Shown: one piece after another, positions 20,792-32,172 of the stretch
Numbering within the stretch: position 1 is the first letter of the stretch
Layout: every line of letters begins with the position of its first letter
Source of the DNA: an uncultured Gemmatimonadaceae bacterium
GTDB lineage: Bacteria; Gemmatimonadota; Gemmatimonadetes; Gemmatimonadales; Gemmatimonadaceae
Length of the DNA stretch: 64,000 nt
NCBI GenBank assembly: GCA_963790305.1
Contig: CAWBOC010000006.1
Coordinates: 384,001 to 448,000, forward strand
Reading direction: 5' to 3'
Notes under the pieces: generated by a model
Told to the model about the DNA's origin: nothing
Database searches by the model: none
The model's input: the letters and a program-made list of their open reading frames with translations, nothing else
Position numbers and translations under genes: made by a program

Positions 20792-21577
20792 CTATCTGTT
20801 GAGTGTGTTATCCAGGAACGGCCGGTTGGTCGCCGTCGTCGACTTGACTGTGGTGTCCCCGCGGGCGCTGATCGAGTAGACGCTTCCGTCGAGAAGAGAC
20901 ATCGGCTCTCGTGACGGCGCTCGTCGTCAATCCGGCATAGCGCGCGCTCAGGTCATACACGCCCGTTCGGTACAGCCGTGAATGCACCTGCGCTCTTGTA
21001 GGCAACCACCCCGCCAATCGCGATCTCAGGCCCGGTCGTTCCCACGCGCACATACAGTGTCATCGGCCGCGAGTTCGAGATCGCGTTGACGAATCGGACG
21101 TGGGCGACGGCGTAGTCGAATTGCGGCGGGGAACGGATCTTCGACGATGAACGCCTCGACGGTCTTCGTGGTGGAGTTGTAGAATCCGCTCTGGTAGAAG
21201 GAGTAGTTCTTGCCGGCCTCGATCGTCGTCTGAACGCTCGAGATCGCGAGATCCTTGTCGGTGGTGGCCGAGATCTTGCCGGAGAACGTGTACTGGCCGG
21301 GTGCGACGGTCGCAGTACAGTCCGCCGGACCCAACGTTCGCCGTACGTCACTCCCGTCGTCGATTCCACGCCCGTGGCGGAGGTGATCGCCGTCATCTTC
21401 GTGTTGTCGGCGTAGAAATTCACTCCCGGTGCATTCACGCCGAAGTTGAAGAACTTGATACGCGCCTCGGGAGTCAAGCCCGTGATGCTCCTGAACGGCG
21501 TTCTTGTCGCACGAGGAGAGCGCGGCCGCACAGAGCAGCCCCGCGAGCACTCGATATCGCATCATGTCGGGATTCAT
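20792..21577 (-). CDS. DUF4397-like lipoprotein (frameshifted in this assembly)
   Basis: Lipobox LSSC; IKFFNFGVNAPGVNFYA and VRFVNAISNS beta-sandwich repeats spread across frames; ends ...NRPFLDNTLNR*. Confidence 0.7.
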
Positions 21578-23166
21578 GGCTCAGTGATCCAGAGCGGCAT
21601 GGTGTGATAGTCCAGCGCCAGTCCGCCGATCACCTCCAGGGCCGGGCGATTCCACACGTATTCCGAGTTGAATCTCGGCCTGATGCGCTGCACGACCTTG
21701 CCGCCGTTGTCAGGATAGAGATTCGTCGGAGGGGCGAAACCTGGGAAGACCTGCAGTGCCACTCGCCGGATCGATGTCGGTGTAGTGATACCGGCGCATG
21801 TCCATCCACAGCTCGTTGTGCCCCCACGCCCACTGCGCGATGTACTTCTGGGACATGATGTGGGTCAATGTCAGGGCCGACGCTGCCGGAACGATCGCGG
21901 GGTTGGCGAGGAAGGCCGCCTTTTCCGCGGCGGTGATCTGCGTCGGCGTCTGGCCAGTCGTCGCCGTTCCTCGCGTTCACGAAATCGATATGGGAGGAGA
22001 TCCCGTTCGTATACGCGGTCAGGGCAGTGCGCGGTCCCCAGCGAGGTACGCCGCTTCGGCCTTGATGAACTGCAGCTGCGAGTAAGTCATGGCCGGCAGC
22101 TTCGCCTTGTCGTCGAACAGATAGCGACCAGGGAGCTGAACCCCGCCGGTACCGATATACCCGTGAGGATTGTTGGGCCGCTGGAGCGAGTCGAGCGCGC
22201 CGAAGCCAATGACGTTGATGTTGAGGCCGCGGTACTGACCGTCGGGCGACGGCGACAACATCCGAGTCATGCGTGGGTCGACGACGCCGCCGAACGCGGT
22301 TCCGTTCATGAGGCCAACGACGAACTGCGTCTGCCGATAGCTCGGGAAGTTCGCTCTGGTACGGCCGAGGAAATTGATGTCGTCGTTCTGCGTGTTCGGA
22401 TAGGTCAGCAGCGCATCGTCCGCGTTGCTCGCGAACGAGTTGTTGACGGCCTCGATCACCGCATCCGGATCGTAGGATGACTTGTTCGTGTAGTGGTTCA
22501 GGTTGATGGCGAGCAATCCGTACGCGAACTTCAACCACTTCGTGCGATCCCCGTTGTAGATCTTGTCGCCTCGCGCGAGGAACGGCATGTCGACCGCGCC
22601 ATCGGTGCGCTGGAGCAGCACGATCGCGCTGTCCAGGAGGCGCCGGACCTCTTCGTACGCGAACTCCTGCGTCGTCGTAGTTGAAGGCGAACTTCGATGG
22701 GTCGATGGCCTCCTTCACGATGATCTCGCCATGAAGGTCGGTGAGATTCTGCCAGCCCCAGGCTTTGAGGATGTAGCCGACGCCGAGGAGGTCCCAGCGC
22801 TCCTCTGCCCGGGCGATGTTCATCATGTCGACCAGGTTCTGCCCGAACGACCAGTACACATCGCGCCACTGTTGCCCGCCGTTGTCGCTCGACGGATCGT
22901 AGCCCATCCGATCCCAGGTGCCGAGGACGGTCCCGGTCAACGTCAGCTGCTGCGTATAGCGCACGACGAAGCGGCCGTCGAACTGCGGCCCCGTCACCAG
23001 CCAGTGCAGCATCGGCGGCAGGTACAGGTTTGCCGCGACGGTCTCCGGGGCGTTCGGGTTCGTATTGACGTCGAGGAAATCGCTCGCAGCCAGCCGCCAC
23101 GCTCACCAGGCCGGCGACGGCTACAGCTCTCGCAAGTCTCATTGGGGTTCCGCGGAATGTTCTCAT
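21574..23166 (-). CDS. SusD/RagB family nutrient-binding lipoprotein (frameshifted in this assembly)
   Basis: Lipoprotein signal (AAGC), DVNTNPNAP, LTDLHGEI, IYNGDRTKWLKFAY, QFIKAEA, IMSQKYIA and ELWMDMRR fragments; directly after the SusC-like gene. Confidence 0.82.
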
Positions 23167-23168
23167 CG

Positions 23169-26100
23169 TCAGAATCCCACCCGGAGGCCGAAGTTGAAGC
23201 CGCGCGGCATGGGGAAGTTGCCGAAGTCGATCCCGGCGCCCCCCGATCCTCCGACGGCGGCGCTATTGCCGTTCACGATCGGATCGAGCCCGGAGTAGTT
23301 GGTGATCAGCAAGAGATCCGTTGCCGGTGAGGAACACGCTCGCGTTCCTGCAGCAAGCGCTCTGGCAGGGCGTAGTTCACCGTCACGTCGCGAAGGCGGA
23401 ACCAGTTGATGTCCTTCTCGATGAAGAGCTCCTCGCTGATGGGCGTGTAGTAGTCGTCTGAACCGCCGGGAGTGACCACGATGTTGTTGCGGGTCGGGGT
23501 GGCGCTGTTCTCCTTCCCGTCGCGCAGGACGCCCTCGATCACGCGCGGCTCGTTGCGATCGAGCGTGCGCATGGTGAGACCGCTGGCGGTGAGGAAGTGC
23601 TCGGTGGCGTTGAAGACATCGCCGCCCTTCCGGAGGTCGATCAGGAAGCTGAGGGAAGCCCGTTTGTACCTGAGCGTATTCGTGACGCCCATGGTGAAGT
23701 CGGGCTGCCGATCGTAGCCCGCGTCGATGAACACGGTCGAGCGGAGCGGAAGGCCCGATGTCGGATCGATGAGGAGCTTCCCCTCGTTGTTGCGCAGGTA
23801 GAAAAGGCCGGTGAGCGAGCGCGTCGAAAGACCCGGTGCGGTGCCGTTGCGCACGTTGCCGAAAAGCCACGTATCGGAGACGTAGGACTCCGGCAATGCA
23901 TTGGGCAGCGCCAGGACTTTCCCGCGCGACCGGTCGAAGTTGGCCAACACATCCCACGAGAAGCTGCCGCGCAGTGACCGGCGTCCCGCGCAGCGTGATT
24001 TCCAGACCCTCGTTTCTCGTGACGGCGCCGTTGAGGTTGAAGAGGATGAAGCCGGTCGCGTAGCTGCCGCGGATGTCGTTGACGATCTGGTCCTTGGTCT
24101 GCTTGCGGTACACGGTCGCGTCGATGCCGAGCCGGTCGTTCAGGAAGCCGAGCTCGGTGCCGAACTCGTACGATCTGCGCGAACTCCGGCTTGAGGCCGA
24201 GGTTCGGTCCCGTGAAGCCGTAGCCATAGCCGCCAAAGGCGGTCGACTTGAACTCGAGCGACGGTCGGTAGGCATAGGGACGCGCGTCCTTGCCGACCTC
24301 GGCGTAGGCGGCCCTGAGCTTGCCGGTCATGAATCGACCGATACTGCGGAAACGCGTCGGAGAAGATGAAGCTCGTCGAGACGCGACGGATAGAAGAACG
24401 AGTTGCGCGCCGATCGGGAATCGTCGAGGTCCAGTCGTTCCGGCCGGTGACGGTCACGTACAGGTACTTGCTTGTAAGTCGACGCGTCGCGCTGCCGAAG
24501 AGGCTGAGCGAGGCGCCGTTGCTGAGATGGTCGTCCGATTCGAACCGCAGGTTCGTGTTGTTGACCGAGACGAAGTTCGGCTCGAGGAAGTCCTGCCCCT
24601 TGAGCGCATCCGTCGTCGACTTGATGTCGGAGATCGCGTTGCCGACAAGGCCGCTGACCGGCAATGTCGCTCGTGAGTGCGCGGCTGTTGATGTTGAGCA
24701 GCGTCTGTGCGTTGATGTTGCGCGTGATGTCGTTCGCCACGTCGAGAATGCCGTTGACGGCGATTCCCAGCGCGCTCTCCGGGCTGCGCAGGATCTGGTT
24801 CTGGTTCGTGTAGCGTCGGTGCCAATGTTGGTCTTGATGCTGCCCCACGAGAACGGCGTCAACGTGAGGCCGAGGTTCGTCATGATCCGGTTGTTCTGCG
24901 AGTTGACTGGTTCTTCTCGACGTTGAAGTACGGGTTGTCGACTTCGGAGGCCGCGGCCAGAGTCGTGAGGCGGCGCCTGGTGCCTGCCGGCGTCAGGTAG
25001 TCCTTCGCGTTGTCGGTCTGCTGGCCACACCAGCAGCCCGAGCAGCGGACCGCCCGCGCCCTTGTACGGTTGATCGTTGTCGGCGTAGGTGTAGCCCATC
25101 GACAGGTCGGCGTTCAGCCAGTTGGTTGACCTGCGCCTGCGAAGCTCCCGTCAGGTTGATCCGGTCGTAGTTCGAGTTCGGAATGACCCCTTCCTGATTG
25201 GTGAGCGAGGTGGCCAGGCGGTAGTTGATCCGGTTGTCGGCGGCGGCACCGCTGAACGAGAGGTTGTGCTTCTGCGTCAACGCCGTCTGGAAGAAGCCAT
25301 CGATGTTATCGTAGAAACTGCGTGCCCGGTGCGTACGGCGCGCCGAAGTAGAGGAACGTGGTGCTGCCGACCGCAGCGTCGGTCCGTAGACCCGCTGGAT
25401 CTCCGGCCGGGCATTGGTCCTCTCGAGCCGGAAGCTGTTGCTGTACTCGAGCCCGCCCACCCCCGACTTGCCGCGCTTGGTCGTGATGACGATGGCGCCG
25501 TTCGCGGCATCGATTCCGTACAGGGCAGACGCCTCGGGGCCCTTCAGCACCGACGAGACTCTCGATGTCTTCGGGGTTGATGTCGGCGGCGCGATTCGTG
25601 AAGTCGACGCCGCGATTGCTGAACGCCGTCGCCGACCCGGCGCGTCCGAGGCAAGGACGCCGGTGTTGAGCGTCTTGTTGTCCATCGGCAGCCCGTCGAT
25701 GATCATCAGCGGCTGGTTGCTGCTGCTGATCGAGCTGATGCCTCTGATGGTGATCGACGACGACGCGCCGGGAACGCCCGAGCTGCTCGTCACCTCGACG
25801 CCGGCGACTCGCCCCTGCAGCGCGTTGACGAAGTTCTCTCGCTGCGTCTGAGCGATATCGGAGCCTTGCACCGTCTGCTGAGCGGTTCCCAAGCGCCCGT
25901 TGCTCCATGGTCTGGCCTAACGCCGTGACCACGACCTCGTCGAGCTGCGGTCGCGACCCGGCGAAGCGCAACGTTGATCACGTCGTCCGCCCCGACCGTG
26001 CGCTCCTCGGGCGCGTTGCCGATGAGCCGGAACTGGAGCACCTGGCCCTGAGCGACGCGAAGCGAATAGTTGCCTTCGTTGTTGCTCGCCGTACCGGTGA

Positions 26101-26245
26101 TGGTTCCCTTGATGACGACCGATACTCCGGCCAGAGGATCCCCCTGCTCGCTGGTGACCCTGCCGGTGACTGTCTTGACCTGTGCAACCGCTTGAGCGGT
26201 CAACAGGAACAGTCCCATGAGCACCATGACGAATTTTGTTTTCAT
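23169..26245 (-). CDS. SusC/RagA family TonB-linked outer membrane protein (many frameshifts in this assembly)
   Basis: Signal peptide, VTGRVTS..G.PL.GVSV domain, DEVVVTALG, LQGRVAGV, ITIRG, PLMIIDG, DINPEDIES, VLKGP..ALYG..AANGAIVITTK; C-terminal FPMPRGFNFGLRVGF. Confidence 0.9.
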
Positions 26246-26452
26246 AACGAGGTGTACCGGGTGTTGGAGGACAGCGAGGAGAGCTCCGGGCGCATGCACG
26301 CCAAGCGCACACGACGAGTGCACGCGTTTCGATATCCGAGGGCGAGCGCGGGGCCCAGCGGACACAGGGGACGACCGCGATTAGTGACTGCGGTCACCAA
26401 GTTGTGAAGCCGCGCTATATTAGCGCTCGGACCCCGAGATGCAAGGGTTTTG

Positions 26453-28079
26453 TCAGCGCCCCCGAGCGCTGTCGGAGCGCAGCGTGGGATACGTGATGCC
26501 GAGCTGCTCCAGATACGTGCGATGACGTGCCGGGTCGTAGTAGAACCGGCGCATCGCCGGGCGGAAGCGCGCCATCGTCGCCTCGTTCATCTCTATCGGT
26601 GCCTTATCGGTGGGGCGAATGACGGGCGCATACTTCACCTCCTTCGTCTGCACGTCGCGAAAATACGCCCATGCGCTGTCGGTAAGCGCAGGCGACGCGA
26701 TGAGATCGAGGACGGTCATCGCCATCGCCTTCGCCCCGGCGGTCGCGCCCTTGTGCGCAATCGGCGTGGCCATCGCGATCGCATTCGACCAGTGATGTCC
26801 GGGAAGGCCGGGAATGTTCGACGGATACCGCAGCGTGATCGTCGGCACGACCCAGGAGACGTCGCCAATGTCGTCCGAGCCGCCGCCGGGATTGTTATCC
26901 GGATTCACTCCGGTTCCGATCGCGGTGACCGCCGTGTCGAGTCCTCTCTGCCGTCCGCCGACCTCGCGCTGCACCGCCCGAGCGAGAGTGAGGTCCGGCG
27001 CACTCCACGTCGGCATCCCGACGCGCCGAATGTTCGCATGCATCGCTTCGGCGAGCGGCCGGTTGAAGTGACGCGGCCAGGCTGCACCGAGGACTCGCGA
27101 CTCCACCAGCCTCGTCCCTGACATCATCGCCGCCGCGCGGGCCAGGGTGTCGCCGGCCGCGAACAGCGCGGTGATATGGGGATGATCGGTCTCGCGAAGA
27201 AAATACCAGACGCTGGCGCGGCGGGGCACCACGTTAGGCTGGTCGCCCCCGTTGCGGATGACGTAATGCACCCAATGCTGCGGTCGCAGGTGCTCCCGGC
27301 GGTAGTTCCAGGCGGTGTTGAGCAGCTCGACCGCGTCGAGTGCACTGCGCCCCCGCCACGGCGCGCCGGCGGCATGCGCGGTTTCCCCCTCGAAGGTGTA
27401 TTCGACGCTCACCAGGCCCGTGCCGGTCGGCGCGCCGTACGAGGTCGAGAAATCGCTGTCGACGTGGCTGAAGAGGACGGCATCGACATCCTTGAACAAA
27501 CCGTCCCGAACGAACCAGGCTTTCGAACCCAGCAGCTCCTCGGCGACGCCAGGCCACAGGATGATGGTCCCCGGCAGCTTGTCCCGCTGCATGATGCGCT
27601 TGAGCACGATGGCCGCGGTGATGTTGACCGCCTGCCCGGAGTTGTGCCCCTCTCCATGCCCCGGTGCGCCCTCGACGAGGGGCGCGTGGTACGCGACGCC
27701 CGGCTTCTGGGATGCCTGCGGAATCGCATCGAATGTCCGACCCGAGCGCGATGACCGGCTTGCCGCTTCCCCAGGTCGCCACCCACCCCGTCGGCAGCCC
27801 GTAGACGTTCTGCCTCACGGTGAATCCCTGCTTCCTCAGGATGTCGGTGAGGTAGCGCGACGTCTCGACTTCCTGAAAGCCGAGCTCACCGAAGCTGAAG
27901 ACCATGTCGACCATCTGCTGCGTGAGGGTCGCCTCGGCTTCGATCGCCCGGTTGACTTCACCTTTGAGTGAGTCGAGCCGGGCCGGCCCAATCCGTGGCG
28001 TCGCCTGCGCATGGAGCGCCGGCGGGATGAGGAGGACGAGAAGACTCGTCAGGCAAAATCGAAGGCGCATGGGAGACAT
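26453..28079 (-). CDS. Secreted M20 family amidohydrolase (AbgB-like), +1 indel near 27732
   Basis: Signal peptide; FGELGFQEVETS, GSDID, GHGEGHNSG, AEE, AHAAGAPWRGRSALDA and GGSDDIGDVSW. Confidence 0.85.
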
Positions 28080-28175
28080 CAGTCGTAGGTCGTCGATGAG
28101 GAGTCTCGGCGCAAGCAGCCGAGGCCGGACTGGCCGCGGCGATAATAGCGCGAGCACCAATCCAGTGGGAGAGGC

Positions 28176-28215
28176 AAAAGAAAACGGGCGGGCTTCCATG
28201 GGAAGCCCGCCCGTT
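28176..28215 (-). terminator. Rho-independent terminator of rpsA
   Basis: 15-bp perfect stem aacgggcgggcttcc / ggaagcccgcccgtt followed by TTCTTTT on the minus strand. Confidence 0.9.
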
Positions 28216-28232
28216 GTCATCCATGCTGCCGC

Positions 28233-29987
28233 CTACTCTTCGCCCGCGTGCACCTTCGACGGCGTCTCCGGCCGCGGGGGCTGCTCCTCCGGAACGTTGG
28301 TCACCGCGAGCACAATGCGTCGGTGAATCGGATCCACCTCGAGCACCCGCACGTCGAGATTCATCGTCTCGTACACCGCCTCGGTGACGTCATGAACCGG
28401 CTTGCCCTGCGGCGACAGTTGGCTGATCGGGATGAATCCTTCGATGTCGTTGCCGATGTCGACGACCACACCCTTCTCCATCAGGCGCACGACCTTGCCG
28501 CGCATCTCCGTACCGACGGGGTATGTCTCGCCAATGCGGAGCCACGGATCTTCCTCGGCCTGCTTGAGGCCGAGGCTGATGCGCTTGTTCTCGGCATCGA
28601 TGTTCAGGATGACGACATCGACCGCATCGCCCTTCTTCACCACTTCTGATGGATGCTGGACGCGTTTGGTCCAGGACATATCCGAGATATGGATCAGGCC
28701 ATCGATGCCCGGCTCGATCTCGACGAACGCGCCGAAGCTGGTGAGGTTACGCACCTTGCCGTTGATGCGCGTGCCGACCGGATAGCGGAGCGGCAGCACC
28801 ATCCACGGATCCTGTTCCGTCTGCTTCATGCCGAGCGAGATCTTCTCCTCGTTCGGGTCGACCTTGAGCACGACCGCCTCGATCACCTCGCCAATGGACA
28901 CCAGCTTCGACGGGTGCCTAACGTTGCGCGTCCAGCTCATCTCGCTGATGTGCACGAGGCCTTCGATCCCCGGTTCCAGCTCGACGAACGCGCCGTAGTT
29001 GGTGATCGAGACGACCTTCCCCTGGACGCGAGTGCCGACGGGATACTTGGCGGCGACGTCCTTCCACGGATACGCCTGAAGCTGCTTGAGGCCGAGCGAG
29101 ATACGCTCGCGCTCCCAGTCGATGTCGAGGATCTTCACATCGAGCTCCTGCCCGATGTGCACGAGCTCCGACGGGTGCGAGATGCGGCCCCACGACATGT
29201 CGGTGATGTGGAGCAGGCCGTCGACGCCACCGAGATCGATGAATGCGCCGAAGTCGGTGATGTTCTTGACGACGCCCTTCCGCACCTGATCCTTCTGGAG
29301 CTCCTTCATCAGCTTCTCGCGCTTGCCGGCCCGCTCGACCTCGAGGATCACGCGGCGCGAGACGACGATGTTGCGGCGGCGCTTGTTGAGCTTGATAATC
29401 TTGAACTCGTATTTCTGACCGAGCAGCTCATCGATGTTCGGCACGCGCCGCAGCGCGATCTGCGAGCCGGGGAGGAACGCGTCGACGCCCATGAGGTCGA
29501 CGACGACACCACCCTTGATCTTCTTGACGAGCGTGCCTTCCACCGGCTGGTCGTTCTCGTAGGCGAGACGAATGCGCTCCCACACGCGCATGAAGTCCGC
29601 CTTCTTCTTCGACAGAACGACTGAGCCTTCCTGGTCTTCCAAATGCTCGAGAAGGACCTCGACCTCATCGCCGGGCTTGAGGTCTGGGAGGTCCTTGAAT
29701 TCTTCACGCGGAACGGTGCCCTCGGATTTGAAGCCGATGTCGAGGACGACCATGTTGTCACGGATTTCGAGTACACGGCTCTTGACGATCTCGCCCTCTT
29801 CGATCGAGGCGAGCGTGCCGTTGTACATCTCCATCATGCGCTCGTATTCCTCGGAGGAGTACTCTTCTTCCTCCCAGAGGTCGGCGCGGCGGGCGAGCGG
29901 GCGCAGCTGGTTGTGCTGAGCCACTTTGTTCTTGCGTTCCTTCTCGGTCAATTCGGGTGTAGTCGTCTTGGTGTCGAGCTGGGGCAT
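28233..29987 (-). CDS. rpsA: 30S ribosomal protein S1
   Basis: Six S1 repeats (DIGFKSEG, AFLPGSQI, DFGAFIDLGGVDGLLHITDMSW and others); GAAGGAG before MPQLDTK. Confidence 0.98.
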   Translation of the reverse strand: MPQLDTKTTTPELTEKERKNKVAQHNQLRPLARRADLWEEEEYSSEEYERMMEMYNGTLASIEEGEIVKSRVLEIRDNMVVLDIGFKSEGTVPREEFKDLPDLKPGDEVEVLLEHLEDQEGSVVLSKKKADFMRVWERIRLAYENDQPVEGTLVKKIKGGVVVDLMGVDAFLPGSQIALRRVPNIDELLGQKYEFKIIKLNKRRRNIVVSRRVILEVERAGKREKLMKELQKDQVRKGVVKNITDFGAFIDLGGVDGLLHITDMSWGRISHPSELVHIGQELDVKILDIDWERERISLGLKQLQAYPWKDVAAKYPVGTRVQGKVVSITNYGAFVELEPGIEGLVHISEMSWTRNVRHPSKLVSIGEVIEAVVLKVDPNEEKISLGMKQTEQDPWMVLPLRYPVGTRINGKVRNLTSFGAFVEIEPGIDGLIHISDMSWTKRVQHPSEVVKKGDAVDVVILNIDAENKRISLGLKQAEEDPWLRIGETYPVGTEMRGKVVRLMEKGVVVDIGNDIEGFIPISQLSPQGKPVHDVTEAVYETMNLDVRVLEVDPIHRRIVLAVTNVPEEQPPRPETPSKVHAGEE

Positions 29988-30114
29988 ACCGACGCGGCGC
30001 TCTCCTTCGTAGACGCGGAGTTTAGGCTCGCCGCGACGAGTCATGGGTCGATGAATGTCCCGCGTTGCGCATCCCTGATGCGAGGATACGCCAGGCGCGG
30101 AACGGGAACCGTTA

Positions 30115-30143
30115 AATGTAGATATGGCAGAGGATTGAGGCAA
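30115..30143 (-). promoter_or_regulatory. Promoter of rpsA
   Basis: TTGCCT-N17-TACATT. Confidence 0.55.
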
Positions 30144-30147
30144 GAGT

Positions 30148-30203
30148 CGAATACGGAATGCGGAAGGAGGATAAGGCCCTCCGGATTCCGCATTCCGCAT
30201 TCG
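30148..30203. repeat. Heptamer tandem-unit inverted repeat (GGAATGC / GCATTCC)
   Basis: cgaatac ggaatgc ggaaggagg ... cctccggattcc gcattcc gcattcg. Confidence 0.85.
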
Positions 30204-30205
30204 TC

Positions 30206-30919
30206 CTAGCTGCTGCGCTTCAACACGACTCGCGCGAGGGTGACGATCCGCTCGACCTGCTCTTCCTGCGTCAGGTACGTGGTGTCGATGAGCACCGCAT
30301 CGGACGCTTGAACGGTTTGTGTGGCGTCGCGGGAGTCCCGCTGGACGAGGCGCTCCGTCTCCTCGGCAATCTCGTCGTCAGTCGGCGCCCGCTCGAACCG
30401 CTGGGTCAGCCGACGACGGGCGCGCTCCCAGGGATCGGCCACCAGAAAAACCTTGAGGTCGGCGTCCGGAAACACCACGGTTCCGATGTCCCGCCCATCG
30501 ACGACGACGTCGCACCCCTTCGCCGTTCGGCGCACCATCTCGTTCACCCATTCGCGCACGCGCGGCATCTTCGCCACCAGGGACACGAACTGGGTCACCC
30601 CTGCGTCGCGAATCTCCGCGTCGATGGCATCGTCGCCGATCGCGGCAATGAACGACGTACGGTTCGGGAGGAGCCTAACGCCGGTGGCAGCCGCGAGGAC
30701 GAAATCCTCCGTCCAGTTGCCCCCAGGCTGACCACGCATGGCGGCGGCCGTCGCAGCCCGGTACAGCGCCCCGGAGTCGATGTGACGGAAGTCCAAACGC
30801 TCAGCGACCCAATGGGCGGTCGAGGATTTCCCCGACGCGGCCGGGCCGTCGATGGCGATGATCGCGGTTTCTCCGGGCCGGCGAACGCGAGGCGTGAACG
30901 GTGGCGTCCCAGATCTCAT
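30206..30919 (-). CDS. cmk: Cytidylate kinase
   Basis: IAIDGPAASGKSS, DSGALYRA and VDGRDIGTVVFPDA. Confidence 0.97.
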   Translation of the reverse strand: MRSGTPPFTPRVRRPGETAIIAIDGPAASGKSSTAHWVAERLDFRHIDSGALYRAATAAAMRGQPGGNWTEDFVLAAATGVRLLPNRTSFIAAIGDDAIDAEIRDAGVTQFVSLVAKMPRVREWVNEMVRRTAKGCDVVVDGRDIGTVVFPDADLKVFLVADPWERARRRLTQRFERAPTDDEIAEETERLVQRDSRDATQTVQASDAVLIDTTYLTQEEQVERIVTLARVVLKRSS

Positions 30920-32172
30920 CGCGTGACACGCCGCAGGTCATCCCAAAACCCCGGGTACGATACGGCAACGCACGACGGATCATCGATGTGAATCTCGTTG
31001 CCCGGAAGGCTGGCGAGCACGCCGAACGCCATGGCGACGCGGTGATCGCCATGCGTGCGCACCGCGCCGCTCAATGGCATGGTCGAACCGTGCACGATGA
31101 AGCCATCCGGCGTTTCCTCCGCTCGAGCGCCAATCGCCTGAAGATTCTGCACCACGGTGGCAATCCGGTCACTCTCCTTGACTCGGAGCTCCTGGGCGCC
31201 TCGCACCGTCGTGACGCCCTCGGCCCGTGCCGCGAGACAGCCGAGTAGCACCAGCTCGTCGATCATCGCCGGGACCTCTGCCCCCTCGATCGTCGTTCCG
31301 CGAAGCCTGGACGACTTCGCGCGAATCGTGCCGACCGGTTCGCCAGCAGAGTCGCGTTGAACCTCGGAAGACACCAGCCCGCCCATCCGGCGCGCCACGC
31401 CGACAAAGCCAACCCTTCGCGCGTTGAGCGCAACCCCGGGGAGCTCGACCTCGCCGTCGTCAGCGAGTAACGCCAACGCCACGAAGAACGCCGCGGATGA
31501 TGGATCCCCAGGCACGGTGAAATCGAGGGGCGCCAGACGAGCAATCGGCTCGAGCACCACGCGACCGTCGTGCGTCGCGACATGAGCGCCCATGGCGCCG
31601 AGCAATCGCTCGGTGTGATCGCGTGTCGGCGCGGGCTCGGTCACTTCGGCGCGAACGCCGGCGACCAGCGCGCCGAGGAGAATCGCGCTTTTCGTTTGCG
31701 CGCTGGCGACAGGGGTCTGCCACACGAGAGCGTGCAGGTCCGCCCCGCGAACCAGCATCGGCAACCCATCGCCACGCTCGAGCTCGACGGTGGCACCCAT
31801 GGCCTCCAGCGGCTGCTTGATGCGCTTCATGGGGCGGCGAGACAGGCTGTCATCGCCGACGAAGCGGGCGCTGAACGGATGCCCTGCGACGACCCCGGCC
31901 AGGAGACGCGCCGTCGTACCACTGTTCCCGCAGTCGAGCGCGCGCTCAGGGGCGTGCAGGCCGCGCCGTCCTCGCCCGTCGACGCGCGTCTCGGCGTCGC
32001 GCCACTCGATGGCCGTGCCTAACGCCGACAGCGCGGCAGCGGTCGAACGCACATCGTTCGAATCGAGCAGTCCGCGAACACGCGACCGGCCGTCGCCAAG
32101 CGCGGCGAGAATCAGCGCTCGGTGCGAGAGGGATTTGTCACCAGGAACGCGGACTGTTCCCGACACCCTCAT
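30916..32172 (-). CDS. aroA: 3-phosphoshikimate 1-carboxyvinyltransferase (EPSP synthase)
   Basis: PGDKSLSHRA, DCGNSGTTARL, SAQTKSA, RDHTE, ELRVKESDRI and DHRVAM. Confidence 0.97.
   Translation of the reverse strand: MRVSGTVRVPGDKSLSHRALILAALGDGRSRVRGLLDSNDVRSTAAALSALGTAIEWRDAETRVDGRGRRGLHAPERALDCGNSGTTARLLAGVVAGHPFSARFVGDDSLSRRPMKRIKQPLEAMGATVELERGDGLPMLVRGADLHALVWQTPVASAQTKSAILLGALVAGVRAEVTEPAPTRDHTERLLGAMGAHVATHDGRVVLEPIARLAPLDFTVPGDPSSAAFFVALALLADDGEVELPGVALNARRVGFVGVARRMGGLVSSEVQRDSAGEPVGTIRAKSSRLRGTTIEGAEVPAMIDELVLLGCLAARAEGVTTVRGAQELRVKESDRIATVVQNLQAIGARAEETPDGFIVHGSTMPLSGAVRTHGDHRVAMAFGVLASLPGNEIHIDDPSCVAVSYPGFWDDLRRVTR

Noticed and set aside
26381..26410. CRP/Rex-like site upstream of the SusC gene (AGTGA-N6-TCACC; TTGTGAA half site)
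   Set aside because: It has several mismatches to either consensus and cannot be distinguished from chance.
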